Source of the DNA: Polyangiaceae bacterium
Lineage (GTDB): Bacteria > Myxococcota_A > Polyangia > Polyangiales > Polyangiaceae
Direction: 5' to 3'
Assembly (NCBI GenBank): GCA_965222375.1
Contig: CBDCTZ010000004.1
Span: forward strand, 1 to 64,000
DNA: 64,000 nucleotides
Shown here: positions 58,500 to 64,000 of the stretch, piece by piece
Numbering within the stretch: position 1 is the stretch's first letter
Layout: each line of letters opens with the position of its first letter
Made by a program: the position numbers and the translations under genes
The notes under the pieces: generated by a model
The model's database searches: none
What the model was told of the DNA's origin: nothing
Seen by the model: only the letters and a program-made list of their open reading frames with translations

Positions 58500-58844
58500 A
58501 TGGACTCGACGCTTCCCGCCACCGAGATCACCGCGCTGCTGGGTCATGGCACTCGCTTCGAGGGCAAGCTCCTGTTTGAGGGTCGAGTGCGCATCGACGG
58601 TTATTTTCGCGGGGAAATTCGGAGCGAAGACGTGCTCATCATCGGCGAGGGCGCAGACGTCGAGGCCGAAATCGAGGTCGCCACGGTGATCATCAAAGGC
58701 GGCAGCGTGACCGGCAATGTGCGCGCCAAGTCCTCGATCGAACTGTACGTGCCGGCCAGGGTCAGCGGCGACCTGCATTCGCCAGAGATATTCATGGACA
58801 GGGGCGTGCACTTCTCGGGGAACTGCACGATGGCACCGGTCTAG
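58500..58844 (+). CDS. Bactofilin (polymer-forming cytoskeletal protein)
   Basis: LLGHGTRFEGKLLFEGRVRIDG..GEI..LIIGEGA..GVHFSGNCTM. Confidence 0.92.
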   Translation: MDSTLPATEITALLGHGTRFEGKLLFEGRVRIDGYFRGEIRSEDVLIIGEGADVEAEIEVATVIIKGGSVTGNVRAKSSIELYVPARVSGDLHSPEIFMDRGVHFSGNCTMAPV

Positions 58845-58926
58845 AGGGCTGCCGGGGTGGACCGAGCCAGCGAGAGGATGCACTCTGGAGGAAGGCATCC
58901 CGCGCCCGGCGCGTATCAGGCACAAG

Positions 58927-59586
58927 ATGAGAGGCGGAAAAAGCTCGTGGTGGAAGCCGGCACTCGCGATCGCCGCCATGCTGTCGGTGCTCGGCGCCCC
59001 CTCCTCCGCATTCGCGGAGGCGAACGCCGAAGCGAAGCGGTTGATGAAGATCAGAGACTCCGAGCGCTACGAAGTCCTGACCAAGCACAGCAGCACCAAG
59101 GCGGGTTGCGCACGAGTGCACATCGCCGCACCCGAGAAGATCGTCAAGAAGATCACCAAGGACTTTCAGCACTACGACGAGTTCATCAAGAAGTTCGACA
59201 AGTCGAAGGTTGTCGGACGAAACGGCGACAAGACGGACGTCTATCTCCAGGTGCCGATCCTGAAGGGAGCCGCGAAGATCTGGGCAGTGGTGCGCTTCTC
59301 ACCCATGAAGAAAGTGGGCGGCGAGCATGTGCTGCAGGGCTCTATGATCAAGGGCAACGTCCGGCGCATGGATGCCAAGTGGCGCATCAAGAAGATCGAC
59401 GCCAAGAACACCCAGCTCAACTTGGAGCTGCTGATCGTTCCCAAGCTGCCGGTGCCCGGTTCGGTGGTGACCGGTGAGGTCGCCTACGCAGCAGACGTGG
59501 CTGTCATGGGCTCGCGGAACCGCGCGGAGCGCAAGTACAAGATCTTGCGAGCCAAGAAGAGGAAGAAGAAAGCGAAGAAGAAGTAG
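58927..59586 (+). CDS. Exported SRPBCC/START-like (cyclase/dehydrase-like) protein with poly-Lys tail
   Basis: Signal peptide (..SAFA), IAAPEKIVKKITKDFQHYDEFI START-like helix; start moved to 58927. Confidence 0.7.
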   Translation: MRGGKSSWWKPALAIAAMLSVLGAPSSAFAEANAEAKRLMKIRDSERYEVLTKHSSTKAGCARVHIAAPEKIVKKITKDFQHYDEFIKKFDKSKVVGRNGDKTDVYLQVPILKGAAKIWAVVRFSPMKKVGGEHVLQGSMIKGNVRRMDAKWRIKKIDAKNTQLNLELLIVPKLPVPGSVVTGEVAYAADVAVMGSRNRAERKYKILRAKKRKKKAKKK

Positions 59587-60148
59587 GCGCACCTGTGCCA
59601 CGCTTCGCTCCACACTCGTGTTGGTCGCCGCACTCTCGAGTTGCGACTGCAAGCGCCCCGCCCAGAGAGTGCCGACCCAAAGCGCCAGCGCGGCGCCCAG
59701 CACCTCCGGGAGCGGTTCGGCGGCCGCCCCCGCCCCGGTATTGATTCCCTTGGAAACCCGTTTGGGATGCTGGGCGGACGCCGGGCGAGGAACGTCGCGA
59801 GCACGCCTGGACCGGCTCGAGCGCGCCTGCACCCCGGCTCAGGAGCGACTGCGTGAGGCCGCGATGGTTAGCGGTCGGGAGCTCCGGGTGGAACTTGGCG
59901 ATGGAATGCACTGCCTGCGCGCCCTGGCCGCAGCGGACTCGGAAGAGCGCGACCTGAAGCTCGTGATGGTCTTGCCGGACGGCCGAAGAGTAGACGATGG
60001 GATCCGCTCCAACGTCGCAGTCGTGCCCCCGCGCGGCCCACTATGTGTGCAAGGCCCGACCCGGCTTACGCTGCGGCTCGACGCCGCCAAGCTGGCGATG
60101 GTGCGCGTGTTCGAAGTGCCGCAGCACGGGGGCGCAGCGGATCAATGA
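59474..60148 (+). CDS. Hypothetical lipoprotein (start uncertain)
   Basis: Lipobox-like ALSSC, HCLRALAAAD..DLKL and PPRGPLC motifs. Confidence 0.5.
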   Translation: MRSPTQQTWLSWARGTARSASTRSCEPRRGRRKRRRSRRTCATLRSTLVLVAALSSCDCKRPAQRVPTQSASAAPSTSGSGSAAAPAPVLIPLETRLGCWADAGRGTSRARLDRLERACTPAQERLREAAMVSGRELRVELGDGMHCLRALAAADSEERDLKLVMVLPDGRRVDDGIRSNVAVVPPRGPLCVQGPTRLTLRLDAAKLAMVRVFEVPQHGGAADQ

Positions 60149-61662
60149 ACGTCCAGCCGCCACAATACGGCACCATCGCGACCGACGGCTGCGACTCCCG
60201 CGGGTCCGGGACCTGCGCTCAGCTCCGCGTCGGCCCCAGGCCCTGGCTCTCGCAGGACGACCCCGGTCTTGATTCGGGCTGCGCCGTCCAACAACTGGAA
60301 GTAGTTCCGGGGCACTGAGGCAGGTGCTGCCAAGGTGATCTGCCCGCGACCTTGAGCATCTAGGGCTGGCGCAATCGCGGCGAGTTCGCTGCCGTCGCCC
60401 ACGGCGAGAGTCTTGCGTTGCCACACCCCCGCGCCACCTCCGGAGATCAGACCGAAGCCAGCGGAGGCGGTGGAGATCTCCAGTAGACCTGGCAACAAGG
60501 TGATGGCAATGACCGTCGAAGATGCCATTCGCCCGAAACGGCCGAGCTGGCCATCGAGCGTCACGAGAGTCCAAACGAACGCCAGCGAAAGTAGAGGCAG
60601 CCCCAGCACCGAAAGCGGCGGGTAGGCTGACAACAAAGCCGGCAATGCCGCTGAGCCCAAACCAAGCGCTGCGAGCGCCAACAACTCCGGCAGCGAGCCG
60701 CTCCGAAATCCCGAGGATGGGCGCCTTCGCCAGAGCAGCATCGGCGCAATCCCGATGCTCAAGAGCACTGTCAAAGGAGTTGTCAGTGCCAGCCAAACTG
60801 CCGGGTACGCAACGGGCGTAGGCGGAGCCTGGACGACGCTGCCAAGATACCAGGTTGGAGCGGCGTGAATGGCGATAGGAGCCAACACGAACCGCGCGAT
60901 CCCAACGCTCCCCGCCTTCCAGAGCGCGGGGTTGAACGCGATCATGCCGATGGGGATCGCGGCCAAGCTGAGCAACAGCCAGGGCGGTGCAGCGGCAAAG
61001 CCGCGTCGGGCAGGCACCGGCCCGCGACGCACGTGCCTAAGCCAGTGTGCGATGACGAGCGCGAGCACCAGCCACAGCACCGCAAGACTGTGAGCAGCCC
61101 CCAGCGCGAAAGTGCCGGCAACGAGAAGCGCGTGCAAGCCGCGGCGCGAGCCACGGAGGGTCCCCTGGGCAAACGCGGCGGCAATCAGGCCGACGCTGGT
61201 CAGAAACACGGGCATGCTGGTCACCGCCACTCCGTGCAACCAACGCGGCATGCACAGGAGGACCAGCGCAGAGAGCGTAGCCGTCCGCTCGCCCCAGGGG
61301 CGCCGGAGCAAGAAGAACAGCGCGACCGGTCCGAAGGATGTCAGTATCAACAGCGGCAGGCGTGCCGCTGTGATCTCGTCCACGGCTCCGATCCGACCCA
61401 AGCTCAAACTCGACCACGCGCCAAGCAGCACGAAAAGGGGAGAGCCAGTACCGAGGCGACTGAGCAGGTGCTGACCTTCAGCACTGAGCAGAGCGCCAGG
61501 ACCCGAGTCCGCGATCTGGCGGACCAAGGGCTTGGCCGCCTCTACAGCGGACAGGAAGCGAACTTCTTCGAAGGCTGGTCCCGTGACCGCCGAAGCCCCG
61601 ATTCCGCAAACCAGACAGACCGCGATGAGGGCCGTCAACAGGATTCGAGACGGCCGACTCAC
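60142..61662 (-). CDS. GT-C (PMT/ArnT-like, family 39-like) membrane glycosyltransferase, divergent
   Basis: Many TMs, FEE after TM1, AARLP, LTTP motifs. Confidence 0.65.
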   Translation of the reverse strand: MSRPSRILLTALIAVCLVCGIGASAVTGPAFEEVRFLSAVEAAKPLVRQIADSGPGALLSAEGQHLLSRLGTGSPLFVLLGAWSSLSLGRIGAVDEITAARLPLLILTSFGPVALFFLLRRPWGERTATLSALVLLCMPRWLHGVAVTSMPVFLTSVGLIAAAFAQGTLRGSRRGLHALLVAGTFALGAAHSLAVLWLVLALVIAHWLRHVRRGPVPARRGFAAAPPWLLLSLAAIPIGMIAFNPALWKAGSVGIARFVLAPIAIHAAPTWYLGSVVQAPPTPVAYPAVWLALTTPLTVLLSIGIAPMLLWRRRPSSGFRSGSLPELLALAALGLGSAALPALLSAYPPLSVLGLPLLSLAFVWTLVTLDGQLGRFGRMASSTVIAITLLPGLLEISTASAGFGLISGGGAGVWQRKTLAVGDGSELAAIAPALDAQGRGQITLAAPASVPRNYFQLLDGAARIKTGVVLREPGPGADAELSAGPGPAGVAAVGRDGAVLWRLDVH

Positions 61663-61781
61663 CGCAAAAGCCCCACGATCGACTCGGCCAAGGCAGCGAT
61701 GAAGAGCCCGACCATGATTGCGAGAGGCAGGCGCTTACCCCCAACAGCCGGCTGGGGTCGTGGCTGGGTCTCCGGGCTCAC
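61659..61781 (-). CDS. 40-aa single-TM small protein (not in ORF track)
   Basis: GTG start with AGGA upstream; MSPETQPRPQPAVGGKRLPLAIMVGLFIAALAESIVGLLR*; GTGA overlap with the glycosyltransferase start. Confidence 0.5.
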   Translation of the reverse strand: MSPETQPRPQPAVGGKRLPLAIMVGLFIAALAESIVGLLR

Positions 61782-61878
61782 AAAGTGGTCCTAACCCGCC
61801 GCCGCGACTGGGGAAAGTGCCTGTGGCCGGGAGATTCAGTTTGCCCACAGACCGGGGCGTGTGGTGTAGGCTCGGAGT

Positions 61879-62376
61879 ATGACGCGCTTGTCCGTAGGAG
61901 CTGTGCTTCTGGCCGCGACATTTCTCGGCGGCTGCCGTTCCGCCCACATCGAGGATGTCTACGTCGCCCGCGACAAGGCAGGAGTGCGAAGGACTGACTG
62001 CATCAACGCGAACGCCGAGCAGTTTCACATCTTCATCGAGGTACTGAGCTTCAGAGAAGACACGCTGGTGTGGCCCATCTTCTCAGTGGAGGAAGCCGTG
62101 GACGAGATCCCCAATCCTCCCTTCGTCTTCGAAGATGACGAGCTTCGCGAGTTCGGCAACTTCGCGCCCGGCAAGGGCGAATTCCGCCTCTCCCTTTCGT
62201 CTGAGCGCGTCTCGAACCCGAGCCCCGGCGAACCCCCACCAGCGCCGTACCTCCGAGCCCTATACCGCATGGACGTCTTCCTGAACGACGATGGCGCACC
62301 GAGTGAGACGCTTCTGTTCACGATCGACGACAACGAAAAGCGCTGTCCATTCTCGCCACTGCCGAATACTTACTGA
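61879..62376 (+). CDS. Hypothetical lipoprotein
   Basis: Lipobox LGGC; beta-rich. Confidence 0.7.
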   Translation: MTRLSVGAVLLAATFLGGCRSAHIEDVYVARDKAGVRRTDCINANAEQFHIFIEVLSFREDTLVWPIFSVEEAVDEIPNPPFVFEDDELREFGNFAPGKGEFRLSLSSERVSNPSPGEPPPAPYLRALYRMDVFLNDDGAPSETLLFTIDDNEKRCPFSPLPNTY

Positions 62377-62383
62377 TTCGAAA

Positions 62384-63151
62384 TCAGTCGTCGCTGCGGG
62401 CATCCTTGATGATTTGTCGGTAGCGCGGGTCCCGACGCAGCCGCGGGAACTCGGACTGGGTTCGGGACCGGCGAATCCAATCGTCCAGCGAGTTGTGGCT
62501 GCGTAGGAACTTCGGTCGACGCAGCGCCTTCGCGATTTCCAGCGCCTTTTCGAAGTTGTCGGCGCAAGCGTCCACGTCTTTGTCGCGACAGTGGGCTCGC
62601 GCGAGATTGTAGAAGACCTCGGCGCTGTTGTTCCAGTTCTTCTTGGCGATATTCAGGTGCTTGATCGCCCCGTCCGCCTCCTTCTTTCGAAGGTACGCAA
62701 AGGCGAATCCCATACGCAGGTAGTAGTGCTCGGACTCGGGCAGCGTGCATTCTTTGTCGTGCAGCTTCTCCGCCTCTTCGTAGAAGGGCAGCGCGTTGTC
62801 TGCTGCCTTGGCGGGGCCGCTTCTGCCCTTGCGGGTCACCTTCTTGTCGAACAGCGATGCATCCCCGCGCCAGACGCGAACAGTTGCACTATTGGGGTAC
62901 TTCTTCATCAGGTTGTCGAGCAGCATCTGCGCGGTATCGTACTTCTTGTCCTTGAACGCCGTTACAGCGGGGCGGAACTCGCCCTTGCCAGGGTCCGTAC
63001 TCTTACCGGTTGGGCAAGGGCCAGTTGACACCGGCGCTGGGGCCGCTGGTGGCGGTGGAGGCGGCAATTCGTCCTTCGACTTCTTGCAGGCCAGTAGCGC
63101 AATCAGCACCGCGAGCGGAGCGATGACAGGGACGGAACGAGTTGGGCGCAT
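62384..63151 (-). CDS. TPR lipoprotein
   Basis: Lipobox LLAC, poly-Pro linker, TPR helices (AEVFYNLARAHC); start ATG 63151. Confidence 0.8.
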   Translation of the reverse strand: MRPTRSVPVIAPLAVLIALLACKKSKDELPPPPPPAAPAPVSTGPCPTGKSTDPGKGEFRPAVTAFKDKKYDTAQMLLDNLMKKYPNSATVRVWRGDASLFDKKVTRKGRSGPAKAADNALPFYEEAEKLHDKECTLPESEHYYLRMGFAFAYLRKKEADGAIKHLNIAKKNWNNSAEVFYNLARAHCRDKDVDACADNFEKALEIAKALRRPKFLRSHNSLDDWIRRSRTQSEFPRLRRDPRYRQIIKDARSDD

Positions 63152-63252
63152 CGCACGCGAATAACAGCCACGCGCCGAAGCCACAACCCAATGCATGAGC
63201 TGACCTGGCGTTCTTGCGCGGCGCGTCAAAACATGGCCCAATACTCCGGCCC

Positions 63253-64000
63253 ATGCCCCTGCCCCCGCGTCACGGACTATACGATCCACGCTTCGAGCAC
63301 GACGCGTGCGGCGTCGGTATTGTGGCCAATGTGGCGGGCAATACCAGCCACGAATTGGTCCGGCGGGGCGTGGACGTTCTGCTCAATCTCGTGCACCGAG
63401 GGGCAGCCGGAAGCGACCCCCATACGGGGGACGGCGCCGGGATCTTGATCCAGGTCCCCGATCGCTTTCTACGGGAAGAATTGGACCCACATTTTCGGCT
63501 GCCAGCTCCCGGGAAGTACGGGGTGGGCATCGTCTTTCTGCCTAGGGACCGAGGCGCCCGAGCGCGCCTGAAGCAGGTCCTGGAGGACAAGATCTTCGGC
63601 ACCGGGCAGCGCTTGCTCGGTTGGCGAGACGTTCCGGTGGACCCGGACGCGATAGGAGAGAAGGCACGCGCCACGGTGCCCGTCATCGAGCAAGTCTTCG
63701 TCGGGTCTACATGCCCCGACGAAGACACTTTCGAGTCGAAACTTTTCGTGATTCGCAAGTGGGCCGAGCGCACGGCTCGGGAGAGCGGGATCCCCGGCGG
63801 TCACAAGTTCTATGTGCCGAGTCTGAGCTCACGTACCCTCGTCTACAAGGGGCTCTTGCTCGCCCACCAGCTGCCAAAGTTCTATACGGACCTGAGTGAC
63901 GAGCGGTTGACTAGTGCGCTAGCTCTGGTCCATCAGCGCTTCTCGACCAATACGTTCCCGACCTGGGAGCTCGCGCAACCGTTCCGCCTCGTAGCGCACA
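63253..64000 (+). CDS. gltB: Glutamate synthase large subunit, 5' part (runs off the window)
   Basis: MPLPPRHGLYDPRFEHDACGVG, HRGA..GDGAG, SLSSRTLVYKG, HQRFSTNTFPTWELAQPFRLVAH; absent from the ORF track because there is no stop in the window. Confidence 0.96.
   Translation, partial: MPLPPRHGLYDPRFEHDACGVGIVANVAGNTSHELVRRGVDVLLNLVHRGAAGSDPHTGDGAGILIQVPDRFLREELDPHFRLPAPGKYGVGIVFLPRDRGARARLKQVLEDKIFGTGQRLLGWRDVPVDPDAIGEKARATVPVIEQVFVGSTCPDEDTFESKLFVIRKWAERTARESGIPGGHKFYVPSLSSRTLVYKGLLLAHQLPKFYTDLSDERLTSALALVHQRFSTNTFPTWELAQPFRLVAH

Noticed and set aside
59474..59620. Frameshift or non-canonical start for the lipoprotein after the START gene
   Set aside because: An overlapping GTG at 59474 or a GTG at 59618 could serve; cannot be decided from sequence.
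63233..63260. Frameshift at the gltB start (ATG GCC CAA in another frame)
   Set aside because: An in-frame ATG at 63253 gives a normal GltB N-terminus.
1..64000. tRNA, rRNA, IS elements, prophage or intact defence systems
   Set aside because: None recognised by eye; tRNAscan-SE, ISEScan and DefenseFinder were not run.

Overview
High-GC bacterial chromosomal window. The gene content (eukaryote-like Ser/Thr kinases, PilZ, bactofilin, sigma-54 response regulator, many lipoproteins, RCC1 repeat proteins) points to Myxococcota, probably Polyangiales; this is inference, not a marker-gene placement. Bases 1-8.6 kb are an accessory cassette: the tail of a probable ECF sigma factor, a membrane/TPR anti-sigma-like gene, a predicted outer-membrane protein, and two paralogous lipoproteins each with exactly 14 RCC1/BLIP-II-like blades. 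Bases 8.6-9.3 kb hold a broken nucleotidyltransferase pair apparently joined to a fragment of an unrelated gene. The rest is mostly core genome: rpsB-tsf (with S2 leader RNA and terminator), nhaA, gatCA, truB, trpGDC-xerD, rpmB, rpsP-khpA-rimM-trmD, map, a tolC-like gene, a DGC/sigma-54 regulator pair, an lptD-like gene and the 5' part of gltB. No rRNA, tRNA, CRISPR array, IS transposase or prophage was seen. The best candidates for undescribed biology are the ECF/anti-sigma/OM-protein/double-RCC1 cassette, a histone-like/SAH-linked pseudo-Fic protein, several other apparent pseudoenzymes (GGT-like, NifU-like) and a recurring TAGGNT -10 box just upstream of start codons (leaderless-type mRNAs). 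None can be shown to be novel without searches. Product calls come from motif recognition by eye, and several start codons were moved from the ORF track.
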